Source: Macrostomum lignano
Taxonomy: Eukaryota
Direction: 5' to 3'
Length of the DNA stretch: 64,000 nucleotides
Assembly: GCA_002269645.1 (NCBI GenBank)
Contig: NIVC01002315.1
Coordinates: 1-64,000 of the forward strand
Numbering within the stretch: the first letter of the stretch is position 1; each line of letters starts with the position of its first letter. Shown here piece after piece: positions 11,492 to 29,914 of this stretch. The notes below the pieces were generated by a model that saw only the letters and a list, made by a program, of their open reading frames with translations, did not search any database and had not been told where the DNA came from. The translations under genes were made by a program, and so were the position numbers.

Positions 11492-14400
11492 TCATCGCTT
11501 GCCGGTAGCTGAAAGCGACTTTCTTGGCGACCCGGCGGCTCCCAGAGAGGAATCGCGCATCGGCGACTGGCTCGAGCGCAGGTCGTCGCCGCCGCCGCTG
11601 GTTGCTGATCCGGTTCGGCCGCCTGCGACGGCGCCAGCTTTGCGGTTGAACTTGCTGGCCTCCTGCTCGCTGCGCAGCGAGTCCCACAGGTGGCGCACGT
11701 GCTGCTCAAAGGTGCGGCCTCGGATGCGGAAATTGTCGCCGCCTTGGAGCTTCTGGAGCAGCTCTGACACCTGAGAAGAGACCAGCGGGTGATATCGGAT
11801 CCTGATTTCCCCAGAGGCTAAATTCATGAATATCGAAAACCATTAGTTTAAAAATCCGTATAACTTCCGAATCACGGTACAAACTTTATGAAATCGCTCA
11901 CCTTCTTCTCAACCTTGGGCAGCTCCTTCTGCAGCTGTTTCCGCTCCTTATCAGTTTTCAACAGCACGCCGCCACGGTTGCTCAGAATTGCCGGATCCTT
12001 CATCCGCTGCTCAACGTCCAGGTAGGCCCGCCAGGTGTCCTGATACAGTCCCACCGCTGCGTACAGTTCGCGATTCTTCTCATACGACTCGCGCAGCTCG
12101 TCGATTCGTCGCTCTAGAGCCGCGACGCCCTCCTCCGTGTCGTCCAGGTCGCCGCCGATCAGTGTGGCATCCTCGTCGGCTTCGTCGCCAGTGTCGTCGA
12201 GGAAGCAGGTGGCGCGCAGCTCGCTGAGGGACAGTGGAGAGATATTAAAAGTTCTATTCAGCGATATAATTCGCAAGGTGGGGCTTTCGGCGCTGCCAAT
12301 CGAGCTGCAAATCAAGGCGAACAACAGGCGACCGAGGAGGCTGGCAGTCATGCTCATTCCGCTGACGCCTGAGCAACGCACATGGATACTGTACGCAGGC
12401 ACACGCTCACACAGGGTGTACAGCGGCCCAGACTTTCTCATCGCCAGGCATGTACACTCTCTGTGCCTTGGGGGCTGGCTCTGACAAGTCTAGAGATTGT
12501 ACCTTCACAATATCCATCCACTAACCTGGCCTCTCTCCTCAGATTAGCCAGATAGGCCGTAGCCTGGGACCACTTGAGCTCCTGGCATTTGTCCGACTCC
12601 TCCTGCAGCGCATCCAGAGTGCTCTGCCTGTAGCCAGCGTGCTGCGCCAAGAACGCCTCCTGCTCCTCGTGTGGGATGTCCAGCCTGGTCCACATCACCC
12701 GGATGTGCTGACGCAACTCGTCGCAGGTGCCAACCAGCATCGCTTTGTGCTTCACCAGTCGCAGTCGCAGGGCCTCCAGCTGGCTCAGCGTGGCGTCGCT
12801 CAACGGCAGCCGCGTTGTCTCCTCGCCGGCGAGCACCGCGTCCTCCAGAGCCTGCGCGGCGTCGTCCGCGCCAGACCCTGCCGGGCTGCCGGCGAACTCT
12901 ATGTCCAGGGCGATTCGTCTGACGTCCTCCGCAAGGCCGGACAGCCGTTTCAGCATGTCGTCGCGACGTCGCTCGAGTTCCACTACTCGAGACTGCAGAC
13001 GCTCGAGGTCCTGCGTAGGACGTAGGAGTGAAATGAGAATGAAAAATAAAAAGTGTGTAGGACGGTAGGCAATACGTAGGTCTGTAAGTACTGTATAGGA
13101 GAGTTAAACGCTTAATTTGTCCTCACACGTTCACTGTCTTGAAGAGGCAGCAATGGTAGAGCAATAATACGTTCAAAACTCGCACCAAAGTTCCGGGGTT
13201 CGATTCCAAGGCTTGGAAACATTATTTCACTCTTTAGGTACAATTTCCAAGGCACGGGTGTTAAATTGCATAGCAATCTGTGTGCCTGTACCCAAAGCTG
13301 TTTCGAAACATTCAGGGTGTCATTTACAATGCAGTACCCTGGGAGTGGAGTTACAAGATTATATGCATTACTTAGTTACTTAGCTAGTTCCCATGGAGGA
13401 ACTACTGACATTGCAGCAAATCAAGGCGACCCGCAGTTGTGTCCATTCCGCTGAGCACGTAAGCACGAGCACTGATACGTACGCAGCCCTGACATACTAG
13501 TATAGTGTGCTCTGAGGGTTGGCCTACTCTGCATTCTGTAGCTACATGTAAATGCAATACATTTCTTCCTAGCGGCCTGAGCACCCATCAGGGCGAGTGT
13601 TTGGTTCTCACCTGCTCGCTCGGGATAGCATCGTCAGCATCAGTCGTCGAATCAACGCCATCGCCATCCGTCGTCGTCGCCTCCGCCGGTTTCGTCGTCG
13701 CCGTCTCGTCCGGCAGTCCGAGCCGTTCGCAGAGGCTTCGCACTTGAGCAGTGAGCTCAGACTGGCGGGCCTGTCTTTCTTTAATCTCGGCCTCAAACTG
13801 AGCAATGTGCGCGTCTAAATGCTCGAGCAGGCTGAGAGATGGCAGGCCGCGGGGAGGAAAGTAGGGCGGTAGGCGCAGAGTCTGGCAGATCTGAGCTGCC
13901 CGACGCTTGCGGGCCTCAATGTCCGTGTCGAGCTGCACACGGCGCTGGTTCTCAGCCGAGATGAAGTCGAACATGCGCGCCTGAAGCTGCTCGGCGAGAG
14001 TGTGGAGTCGCTCCGTTCTCTGCTCGTCTGGGTAGCCTGGGTGGCGGATGGTTCCCATGGCAATGAGACGCTGAGGATTTTCTATCGGATAAGTACAGAA
14101 GTGACTCAATCATAAGTTATTTATAGCTTGTAGTAAATAAAGCTAGTACAATTCCTTTGTTCTTGTACAAAGCCGAAAAGATCACTGCCGTCCGTACACG
14201 ATGATCTTATAGATCTGGATAGTCTATAGTACGAGTACAGCAAAGCTACAGACCAATGCAACTCTAGTACAGCAAAGCTACAAACCAATGCAACTCTAGT
14301 ACAGCAAAGCTACAGACCAATGCAACTCTTGTACAGCAAAGCTACAAACCAATGCAACTCTAGTACAGCAAAGCTACAGACCAATGCAACTCTAGTACAG

Positions 14401-15098
14401 CAAAGCTACAGACCAATGCAACTCTAATACAGCAAAGCTACGGACCAATGCAACTCTAGTACAGCAAAGCTACAGACCAATGCAACTCTAGTACAGCAAA
14501 GCTACAGACCAATGCAACTCTAGTACAGCAAAGCTACAGACCAATGCAACTCTAATACAGCAAAGCTACGGACCAATGCAACTCTAGTACAGCAAAGCTA
14601 CAGACCAATGCAACTCTAGTACAGCAAAGCTACAGACCAATGCAACTCTAGTACAGCAAAGCTACAGACCAATGCAACTCTAGTACAGCAAAGCTACAAA
14701 CCAATGCAACTCTAGTACAGCAAAGCTACAGACCAATGCAACTCTAGTACAGCAAAGCTACAGACCAATGCAACTCTAGTACAGCAAAGCTACAGACCAA
14801 TGCAACTCTAGTACAGCAAAGCTACAAACCAATGCAACTCTTGTACAGCAAAGCTACAGACCAATGCAACTCTAGTACAGCAAAGCTACAGACCAATGCA
14901 ACTCTAGTACAGCAAAGCTACAGACCAATGCAACTCTAGTACAGCAAAGCTACAGACCAATGCAACTCTTGTACAGCAAAGCTCCAGATATGAAAGAGAT
15001 TATTGAACACACAATGCCTCCTCACCAATATAGTCCCAAATACTTTCCAGTTCGCCAAGGCCGGGCTCAATAACATCCAGAATGATTTCCTTTCGCAT
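11492..15098 (-). CDS. PRC1: Protein regulator of cytokinesis 1 (PRC1/MAP65/Ase1 family), about 527 aa. Exons 15098-15026, 14036-13612, 13010-12526, 12223-11902, 11770-11492
   Basis: N-terminal LGELESIWDYIG|YPDEQRTERL, IRVMWTRLDIPHEEQEAF and the signature DPAILSNRGGVLLKTDKERKQLQKELPKVE. All four introns are GT-AG with matching phases (1,0,2,0); the joined length of 1584 nt is a multiple of 3 and ends in TGA. The start ATG (15098) is a best guess. Confidence 0.9.
12360..12480 (-). mobile_element. Truncated family A SINE fragment in PRC1 intron 3
   Basis: CACACAGGGTGTACAGCGGCCC...GCATGTACAC..CTGTGCCTTGGGGG matches the 3' half of the other two copies. Confidence 0.6.
13140..13320 (+). mobile_element. 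Degenerate tRNA-headed SINE, possibly family B
   Basis: AGCAATGGT...CAAAGTTCCGGGGTTCGATTCC B-box; resembles the head of the 62290-62495 element. Confidence 0.4.
14240..14985. repeat. 32-bp minisatellite (TCTAGTACAGCAAAGCTACAGACCAATGCAAC)n
   Basis: About 23 copies in PRC1 intron 1. Confidence 0.95.
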
Positions 15099-16899
15099 TT
15101 CAGCAGATGACGATTCCCGCCCTTCTCTGAGGCAGGTGACGCAGGCTCGCACAGGCTGGGGCAGGTGGCAGATGAGATTCTCAATGAGTTTAATGTCAAT
15201 TGGCAAACTGTTGTTGCCAGTATAAAAAGTTTGATTTCAGTGAATGAATTACCGCAGATAGTGATAAAAGACTGCTATATTTCTTCACTCGTCTACACTG
15301 CGCCCGCAAGCCTACCAAGGTCAAGCGTTTCTGTTCGTAAATCTCTACTGGCCATTAAAATATGTTCTTGCTCTTTTTTCTCTGACGCTCTCCTCACGCG
15401 GGGGTGTAGCTTCGTGTATAAATGTATACAGTACTCTGTCGCAGTGAGGCACAGAGTATGTTATGTTTGTATTTATCTCGCTGTCATACCTGCTGTACGC
15501 ATATCATTTTTGGACTGGCCTGGTCCTTTAGGGGGAGGGTGGTTTTTTGCTTTTTTTGCTTCGAGTCTCAAACGGCCGCTTTGGGAGTCCCCGCGCGACC
15601 GCCCTGTGCAAACTGTGCATTGGCCCAGCATAAGAAATCTCTGAGCTCTCCTGAGGTCTACAGGGACGGACTAAGGCTGAGACTTGACTGACTTAGAGAG
15701 ATAGAACTGATGCAAGTGCAGTGCAGACTGCTGCGGTACCCCCCTACTTGAGAAACGGCGCATTCTAATGCGACACAGCCATATTAGTCGATTACAGAGT
15801 GTAAACACGTCTGTACTGTAGATTTTACTCACCTATTTAGAAGCAATGATTATTAATTTGTTGCTGTCCGCGATCGCCTTGACTGGCTTGACTAACTCTC
15901 CCGATTGCGCTGTTGTTGGGGAAATGAGAACCAAAAAATAGGAGAGAGCGGAGCAGGACCTGGGAGAGAGGAGGAACGGCGGGGCTAAGAGAGAGAGAGA
16001 GTGTGTGAGTCGCTGCTGCTGCTCTTCCCCCAGAGTACACTGTCCTGTTCCAGCTAACGGCCAATCCAGCACGAGCCTGCCATGTGTGTACAGTGACTGG
16101 TCAATTAGAGGGCTCTGTCCTGCCTGTTCGCCTCTTCCCAATGCTTGCGCACCCTTCAATACAAAATGCCTCTCCCATAGCTAGCTTCATTTTCCCTATC
16201 TTGACACTTCAGTGCGCAGTACTGTGCCAGCCTGGCCTGGCTTCCTGTCTGTCCATCGCCGCCTCCCCCCCCCCAAACTCAAGTACGCGTTCGCCTTAAC
16301 TGACGCGCTCCGTGCATCCTCCAGAGCGTCTGCTGCACCAGCTGCTTGGAAAATTGGGGAGGGGGGAGGGGGTAATGCGAGGCAAAAAGAGAAAGAAAAG
16401 AAACAAGGGAACCTGGATAAGCTATTGATAACTCCCCCCTCTTCTAAGAGTCTGCGCAGTTTGGTTAGCCGCAACAGATGCAGGACGCTGCTGCTGTCCC
16501 CGCTGTCTGCTGCTTTCATTCATTCGGAAAGCTGGCCTCCCGTGGTGTCTGTTGCCCATCGCGGAATTCCACCGATCCAAAAAGTGCAGCTTGGGAGAAT
16601 TCGGAGAGACCTTTTTCCTATACGAGACAGAGGGACGCGGGCTTACGTTGCAAACTGCATTGGCGATATAGGAGATTTTCAGTCTTTTAGCACTATATTG
16701 ACAACCTCGCCTTCTTCTGGACTCCCGAATAGCGAATGAAGTGAAATCGTGCGTTTTGTTCGAGGGTTGGTTATAGGAAGTTTTTCAACCAAAAGTTTTT
16801 CAACTGCTACCGCTGCTCCTGACTCTGTTTTTGTGCTTCTATACTGAATTTTCTTGGCCTAGTTTGCCTGCGGTAAAAGTATGGCACTAATTGCTTGTC

Positions 16900-17250
16900 G
16901 GACAGACACTAAGACCACTAAAGCAGACACTTAGGCAGACACTAAGACAGACACTAGGACAGACACTAAGACAGACACTAAGACAGACACTAGGACAGAC
17001 ACTAGGACAGACACTAGAACAGACACTATTGCAGACACTAAGACAGACACTAGGACAGACACTAGGACAGACACTAGGACAGACACTAGGACAGACACTA
17101 GGACAGACACTAGGACAGACACTAGGACAGACACTAAGACAGACACTAAGACAGACACTAGGACAGACACTAGGACAGACACTAGGACAGACACTAGGAC
17201 AGACACTAGGACAGACTCTAGGACAGACACTAGGACAGACAGTAGGACAG
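16900..17250. repeat. 12-bp tandem repeat (CTAGGACAGACA/CTAAGACAGACA)n
   Basis: About 28 copies. Confidence 0.95.
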
Positions 17251-17943
17251 TGCAGTGAGTTGAGCATGCTTCTACTTTAATTGTCCATGCTAAAGCAGGT
17301 ACACTTAACAACGGTTAAGTCTAATTAGTTTTGCTTTCGTTCGTATATTGAATACATTTACTACTGGCGAGGCCCTCCCTGAGTAGTAAATGTGGCATTT
17401 GAGAGCTGTTTTCATGCAAACTTAAGCGCCATCATTAGAGGTCGATTGGCATTTTCAATTTGTAGGGTAACTGCACCCGGCAACACAGGAAATGTTCAAT
17501 GATAGCAATCCTAATCAAAGCAAATACAAATAATGCGATGCGAGTAGGAACTGCATGACCAAGCCACCCCGCCCACCGCGCTGCGGGATCTCGCGCGCTG
17601 GAAATGGGAAGATGAAGAGCGGAGAGGTAGGGAGCGGAGATGTTGCGGATCAGATCGACTCGGGCGCAATTATTGCGGCAGTGCTCTTTGGAGCCGCCTT
17701 CCTTGAGGGGAAATGCGAGAACATTGCAGCCCCTCACAGCAACAGAGGCGAGCCAGCTAGCGCTTTTTACCCGCAGCGGCCTGTGTTGGCGAGGGCGTCC
17801 ATTTTAGACTGTTGCATCATTTTATTTAGCGGGAAGCTGTCGCGTTGAAGAATGGCAGTGAAAGTTTTGAAATTAATTTGTGCTTGTTGCGAAAACAGAT
17901 AATTTAAGAGACTAAGTATAGAAGCGGACTGGTAGTATCTAAA

Positions 17944-21434
<3,491 letters not shown>

Positions 21435-22044
21435 ATCAGACAACCACTATTATGACAGCGATGGCAAACAGTCCCAGTAGAAGCCCTTCCCAAAGCACCG
21501 CAGGCGGTTTTCCAGCCACCCCCCCCCCGCAGCGCCGAGTTCTCCAAGACCCGCCTTGAGTATAGCACATTGAGGCTATACTCAAGACAGATCGGGGAAA
21601 ATCGGACAAGTTGAAAGTCACGCGCCCGGAACAAACGCAGGAGATCTCATCAGCTTTGTTAGCAATTGTCGGCAGTTGTTCCGCATCGGTTGAGTCCGAG
21701 CGAGTCGCTCCTGCTGCTCGACCCTCCAACTCGCAGACTTCTCTTCGGAGATGTTTAGGGGGTTGCGGCAATCATTAAATAAAATATAATTTAGAGCCCA
21801 ACGAAGCGAAGATCCCATTGTGCCGCGCATGGCTCGGAGGAGGCCGCCCGCTGAGAGCCAGAATCGTCTCTAATGTTCAAACAATGATTTTTTCCAAACA
21901 AAAGCTTCACCAATATAGTGATTTAGAATAGGATTTAAGAGTCCATTGGCACTCTGCCTCCCATATTAGATTCATACTAAACTGCAAGACTTGAGTTCTG
22001 TGTGAACTCTGTGTGAACCCTGGCGCACATTGCTGCCCATTCTG

Positions 22045-22320
22045 CCGACTCCCCTGAGCAGGCACACATGCGTACGCAGTCATACGCACAGACACACACT
22101 CACACAGGAGTGTACAGCGGCCCTAACTTTATTTATCGTTAAGCATGTACACTTCACTGTGCCTTGGGGGGTTGGACTTCAAGACCGTTAATTGCACAAG
22201 CAGAGCCAAGCCGAGATTCAAATTTAGCCCCAAATCAATATGACTGCACTGGGAATCGAGCCTGGGCCTCTGGTACATCAGAGTGACGCGCAGAGCCCCT
22301 CCCCCAGGTTGACGCACTCA
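22045..22320 (-). mobile_element. tRNA-derived SINE (family A)
   Basis: Colinear with 25110-25375 (e.g. CAGCGGCCCTAACTTTATTTATCGT, GCAGAGCCAAGCCGAGAT); B-box-like GGCTCGATTCCC. Confidence 0.7.
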
Positions 22321-23384
22321 GACAGTTCAGCTGTGTACTAACCGCGATCAATTCGGCTTAACCTGCCTGAATTCAGTTTGTCATCAATGTTATAAGAAAT
22401 GACACTGTTTTCATTTCGCACCTACTAATGCTTATTCCCTGCACATGGTTGCCATTGCAGATCGGTGGTCGCCTTTCCATTTAGCTGTTTCGATAATCGG
22501 TTGAGTAACTCAAAAAAGCCACTGTCGCTTTTCGACTATACAAGAGACGCCTCTTTTGCAAGCCCCGCAGGCGACATAACGGAAGTGACGATGAAATTGA
22601 AGCCCGTGAAAGCGCCTCCGGGTTGGAGGAGGACGGCGCTTGTCAATTGAATTCGAGAAACTGGATTCTTGGGGAGAGAGAGAGAGCGGACGCGTGTCCT
22701 GAAGGTCCTGGAGACCAATAAGTGAAGCCAAATTATTTTGCAATTCTAAACCAGCTTCCGAAAAATTCTTCATCGCAATGAGGAACCAACGCCAGTCTCA
22801 ATTGGCAATTGCCAATACAAAAAAGGTAATCGTTGCTTAACAGTAAGAGTTGCCGCAATGAAACACTCATCTAATGGGTTTAAGGCAAGAGGGTTGGCCA
22901 CAATACAAACAGAAGACACAACTTGAGCGAGCACACGAACTAAACTGGGGTTTGTGTGCAAATCGCTGGCCAACCCTTTCTACTGTTTCCCACAGTTGAA
23001 ATTGTGCAGTTCAGCATTACAGATCTGCAGCCCTGACTAGAGATACAGCAGCAGTGTTTCTGTTTGTATTATTTTATTCAGCTGTTTGCCCCACCGTGCA
23101 GTCTCTGTGAGCAGCATAGAAGTTTTGACAGGCTGCATCAAGCCCACCTGTCAGCTAATTAAAGTTGCGGGCCTTCAAGTTGGCTGCGACGCCAAGGTGT
23201 TCTGAAATCTGCTATCTGGCTTTGACAACTCCTGTTCTGTTACAAATTCATCTTGAAAAATTGAATAAGATAACTGATCAACTGCTAATAGTAATAATTT
23301 TATGCATTAGGGCGGCAATACTAGAGTGAGATCTCAGCCAGCATTTTCTATTTGGGAGGCTGCATCTTTGTGAGGCACAAGAGA

Positions 23385-23875
23385 GGGGCGCCAGCACCAA
23401 GGGGCGCCAGCACCAAGGGGCGCCAGCACCAAGGGGCGCCAGCACCAAGGGGCGCCAGCACCAAGGGGCGCCAGCACCAAGGGGCGCCAGCACCAAGGGG
23501 CGCCAGCACCAAGGGGCGCCAGCACCAAGGGGCGCCAGCACCAAGGGGCGCCAGCACCAAGGGGCGCCAGCACCAAGGGGCGCCAGCACCAAGGGGCGCC
23601 AGCACCAAGGGGCGCCAGCACCAAGGGGCGCCAGCACCAAGGGGCGCCAGCACCAAGGGGCGCCAGCACCAAGGGGCGCCAGCACCAAGGGGCGCCAGCA
23701 CCAAGGGGCGCCAGCACCAAGGGGCGCCAGCACCAAGGGGCGCCAGCACCAAGGGGCGCCAGCACCAAGGGGCGCCAGCACCAAGGGGCGCCAGCACCAA
23801 GGGGCGCCAGCACCAAGGGGCGCCAGCACCAAGGGGCGCCAGCACCAAGGGGCGCCAGCACCAAAGGGGCGCCAT
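23385..23875. repeat. 16-bp GC-rich tandem repeat (GGGGCGCCAGCACCAA)n
   Basis: About 30 near-identical copies. Confidence 0.97.
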
Positions 23876-24358
23876 AATTTTTGCCACTATATAGAGGACC
23901 ACAGCCCTCTGGCGCCCCTGACGTCGCAATGACTCGGCCCTGTGAGCTAAAACTCCAGTTCATAGCTCCCGAAGTCCATGACCAGCATTGAAGCCTGCAG
24001 CTGCTCTGCGCCGCCCAAGTATTTTCTTCTCTTATTTTTGCTGTCGCATGGCTGCAATCTTATAACACAAACATTCTATTCAATGCTTATACCCTCTTGA
24101 GTTTCTATGATTTCGACACCCCAGCCCCTCCGAGTTGTGTCAACATTGGCGCTTCGGTGGCCGCGCGGATAAAAACCCGGTATTTTTGTTTAAATTATCT
24201 AACTACTCAAGTCAGCCCACCCCCACTAAACCTCGGCTCCTTTTGTTGGCCAGAGCACAGTTGTAGTTGGCAATATACGAGGACCGAGAATGGATACAGA
24301 ACACAATGAGAACTCAAGCCTGATATCGGGGCTCGAGTGCGGGTTGCTGGCTAGAGTG

Positions 24359-24570
24359 TGTTTACACAATCCAAAGAGGCGATGTTTACAATCAGCTACC
24401 CTACAGCAGGTAGCCATCAACGGCTTGGGCCAAACAGGGGGAGAGAGCGGGGCGGAGAGTGGCCGAATAATAGGGGGGGGGGGTGGTTAGGGGCCCGAAG
24501 ACCCTCCTCCCAAACAGCTGATTGGTCAAGCCCTTTTGATGTCAAACTTAGAAATCGAATGCATATAAAT
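24359..24570 (+). promoter_or_regulatory. Putative FoxG proximal promoter
   Basis: TGTTTAC at 24359 and 24383, GC box GGGGCGGAG near 24449, inverted CCAAT (ATTGG) at 24521, TATAAAT at 24564-24570, about 80 nt upstream of the ATG. Confidence 0.5.
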
Positions 24571-24639
24571 ATGTAAAACACTCATCTATAGAATCAATTG
24601 AGAAGCATTCTGACAAGACCACCAAGCAATCTCTGGTGA

Positions 24640-25985
<1,346 letters not shown>

Positions 25986-27859
25986 CATGTGTCCCCAGTG
26001 TCTCAGAGGTTAAACTCCCCAAATTCCTGTCAATCTGCTTGTGTTTTTGTACTATTGGTGATCCTCTTTGAGCTTTCTAGAAAAGTGGCAGTGCACGACC
26101 GAGGCAGATGAATCTTTATTTGCCTGACTTGCGTGAATAAGAATTGCACCTTGATTAACCTTTAATCCGACTCGTAAAACTTTTTAACCAGCAGCTTTGC
26201 TCAAATATACTTCATACGTAGCAGTGGGTTGATCTTATTATACGAGACCTTTGTAGCCCATTTGAGCTTACGCACATTGAGTTTAATCCAAGATACATTT
26301 GCCAAAGGGATGGAGCTTTTGTCTATGGTAGCAAGTGTAGCACTCGACAAGGTGAACACCTCAAGGACATTGCAAGGTTGCTTAATGTCAAAGAAAAGAC
26401 CACTTACAGCATCTTCTGTACAGAGATCGTCTGCAAATGGGTGGCAAGGCGTCAAGGTTTGATGACTTGCAATGTCCTGCAGAACCAAGGTGTGCTGGAG
26501 GCTACAAAACTACCTGCAAAAAGCATAGCACTGAATAGGGTTTTGCCTATAGACTACGAAACTATGGCGAAATTGGTGGCTAACCGCGACTAACTTTCTT
26601 TCTGCTTAACTTTCGGTGTGTTTTTTAAATGATATGTTCGCTAATCTTGAAGACAGTCAAGCAGGTTTCTACCATCAGTGCTCTTCTCATGTCTATGGTA
26701 GAAACTCCAGACCGGAACGAGTCTGCCCGCTGGCTGAAGAAACCTGATCTGCTGGCACGCGCCAATGCAGCTCATGGTGGTCCCCCTGTCACCCACGCAT
26801 ATCGAGTGTTCACTGATAATAACACGGTGTCTCGGCTAATTTTAACACAGCCCCACTGATGCCCAGTTAACATAATAGACGCAACTGTCTATCCAGTGAA
26901 TTGGCCTGAGGGAATATCTGCCGAATAAGTAAACCCAAATCTGTAATTTTGTAATCTCCTTGACTTCCTGCCAAATTGTGTCGCCTTTATTCTCTGCAAA
27001 TATAAAATTATATTTCGATGCCTTAAATAAAAAAATCGCGAATCATGCTACTTAACTCCATTTATAAGTAGGTAGAAACGCGATTGAGACAAATACGAGC
27101 GTAGTTTCTAAGAAAAAGCTAAAAGTATTCACACATTGCTTTATAGAACTCCCGTAGCTTTCACCACATTATTACGGCTTTCTACAGACATTTTACTCAT
27201 TCAATCACTTTCTCATTCACTCACTCTCTCACTTCCTTCATTCACTCACTCATTCAACCACTAATTCATTCATTCACTCTCTCCTTCACTCACTCTCTCT
27301 TTCACTTTCACTCACTCTCCTTAATTCACTTTTTTCAATCAGCTCTTTACAAACGAATCCCTCACTACACTCATTGAATTTAAATTCTCCCCACCCCACT
27401 CCAATATTCTTGCACCGAATATCGTACCGGTTTAGTTCAGATGGCCGCACTCAGGGAGGCTTTGCATTTTTGCATTTTGAGCAGTGGGCTATGAGCAAAG
27501 TGTTGACAAAAGCTGCAGTCCGCCTACAGCTGTCTGCAAAAAGTGGGGTGGAGGGGGATGTTTGGGAAGTCGCTGCTACTACAAGTTCTGTTTCTGGGCC
27601 TCCTTGACTGGACCCGTTCCCCAGTTCCACATGCTGCCGCCCGCGGGATCACGCTCCAACTGCATGATTGACAGGGCGAAGCGGTGCTTTTGCTAAGGAA
27701 TCTTGAAAACAGGACCGCATGAACTTTGCCACCTTGAAGATGACTAGTTGTCTTTGCCATACAGCACCTTCTCGTAACAACAAATACATAAAATTCAGCT
27801 TATTAGCTTGCTCACTTGGGGCCGCCAATATTAGGGGTTCCAATATTTGGTGTCAGGTT

Positions 27860-28380
27860 GGCGCCCTTGTCTCGTAGTGGGCGACCCTTTCTCTTGGTGG
27901 GCGCCCCTGTCTCTTGGTGGGCGCCCCTGTCTCTTGGTGGGCGCCCCTGTCTCTTGGTTGGCGCCCCTGTCTTTTGGTGGGCGCCCCTGTCTTTTGGTGG
28001 GCGCTCCTGTTTCTTGGTAGTTGTCCCTGTCTTTTAGTGGTTGCCCCTGTCTCTTTATGGGCGCCCCTGTCTCTTGGTGGGCGCCCCTGTCTCTTGGTAG
28101 TTGTCCCTGTCTTTTAGTGGGCGCTCCTGTCTCTTGGTAGTTGCCCCTGTCTCTTGGTGGGCGCTCCTGTTTCTTGGTAGTTGCCCCTGTCTCTTGGTGG
28201 GCGCTCCTGTTTCTTGGTAGTTGCCCCTGTCTCTTGGTGGGCGCTCCTGTCTCTTGGTAGTTGTCCCTGTCTTTTAGTGGTTGCCCCTGTCTCTTTATGG
28301 GCGCCCCTGTCTCTTGGTAGTTGCATCTGTCTTTTTGTGGTTGCCCCTGTCTCTCGGTGGGCGCCCCTGTCTCTCGCCCC
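27860..28380. repeat. 20-bp tandem repeat (GGTGGGCGCCCCTGTCTCTT)n
   Basis: About 25 variant copies. Confidence 0.93.
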
Positions 28381-28669
28381 TTCAAAGAAATGCAAGCGGC
28401 AGTCCGGCGTCAGGACAAAAAATTAACAAATAAAATGGAAATAAAAATGAAAATTATTTTTTTGAAGAGCAGGCGTTCGCAGGTGTTTTAAACTTTCTAA
28501 CGCCGCCTCTGCTGCCAGATTCTGACAATTTCGCCCCACTCCAACTCCGACGCATTTCTGCTGGGAATATTCTCTGCACGGCAGTAAGGGTGCACATGCA
28601 CTTATGTGTGCAAATAGGAAAACAAGATGGAGAGGGAGATAGAAGATAGTTAGAAGTAGAGAAGTAGAG

Positions 28670-29155
28670 GTAGGTAGGTACAGATGAGGGGATACAGATG
28701 AGAGGTAGGTACAGCTGAGGAGCTACAGATAAGAGGTAGGTACAGCTGAAGAGCTACAGATGAGAGGTAGGTACAGCTGAGGAGCTACAGATGAGGGGTA
28801 GGTACAGCTGAGGAGATACAGATGAGAGGTAGGTACAGCTGAGGAGATACAGATGAGAGGTAGGTACAGCTGAAGAGCTACAGATGAGAGGTAGGTACAG
28901 CTGAGGAGATACAGATGAGAGGTAGGTACAGCTGAAGAGCTACAGATGAGAGGTAGGTACAGCTGAGGAGATACAGATGAGAGGTAGGTACAGCTGAGGA
29001 GATACAGATGAGAGGTAGGTACAGCTGAAGAGCTACAGATGAGAGGTAGGTACAGCTGAAGAGCTACAGATGAGAGGTAGGTACAGCTGAAGAGCTACAG
29101 ATGAGAGGTAGGAACAGCTAAGGAGATACAGATGAGAGGTAGGTACAGCTGAGGT
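28670..29155. repeat. 31-bp minisatellite (GAGGTAGGTACAGCTGAGGAGATACAGATGA)n
   Basis: About 15 copies. Confidence 0.93.
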
Positions 29156-29914
29156 GGTGGCAGATCTATTCAAGAAGCAGGTACCCGGTGTTTCTTAATC
29201 GCCAGCTTCTAATTAAATCAGTCGTCAAGCCCCCCTTGCATTGATGAGGGGGGCATTGAGGTCACTAAACTATCTATTCTATTCACGGAAGCAGGACACT
29301 GGCCCCGCCTAAACCCTTTGGTAAAGCAGTAAGTCACGCAATATTGCAAATCTCGAGGCTGAGCCGGTTGAAGCAGTCGATGTCTTTGAGAATAAGTCAG
29401 AGCTGCTTCCTGTCTGAGGAAAATTAAAACAATTAATTCAGTTTTACTGCACCTGCAGTTGCTGGGAAATGATTTGCGAAATTTCAATAAGACAAGGTTC
29501 CCAAAGCAAACAGCAAAAAAATGATGGCCAAGCATATCTGACGACCAATTCATGTAAAAATTTACCTGGCGAAAAATTGGCGCTTAAAAATATAATCGAC
29601 TGCAAGTTTCCCGGATTTGGCTGCGGAGGCCGCTCTCGAGCTCAGGTGCGCTTTGCTTCAAAGGCGTGTGGAAGAAATTTTCAAAATTAAATTTATTCTT
29701 TCTGTAGCCGAATCCAATCAACTTTGCTTGAAATTGCTGCGATTGCTATTTATTAGCTAATCTTTGTGTAAGAAAAATCAATACAATTGGATCTCCAATA
29801 TTGCTGGGTTTATAATCAACTTGAAACACAACCACATATATTGAGGCCTTTCTTGTAAGCAAAATAAATTCAGTAAAAATTAAAGATTGAAAAACTGCTA
29901 AACATTAAAGAGTT

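Noticed and set aside
13140-13225. Possible tRNA gene (also 62400-62480)
   Set aside because: B-box present but no intact cloverleaf or acceptor stem; better explained as SINE heads.
15826-16660. Minus-strand donor-like sites (GTGAGT near 15830, GTAAGC near 16652) as PRC1 5'UTR exons
   Set aside because: Plausible but cannot be supported without transcript data.
22580-22590. ETS/CRE composite CGGAAGTGACG
   Set aside because: A single short motif with no gene start I can link to it.
26201-26488. ORF containing FADD, a reverse-transcriptase-like motif
   Set aside because: Surrounding RT motifs are not recognisable; a translated profile search would be needed.
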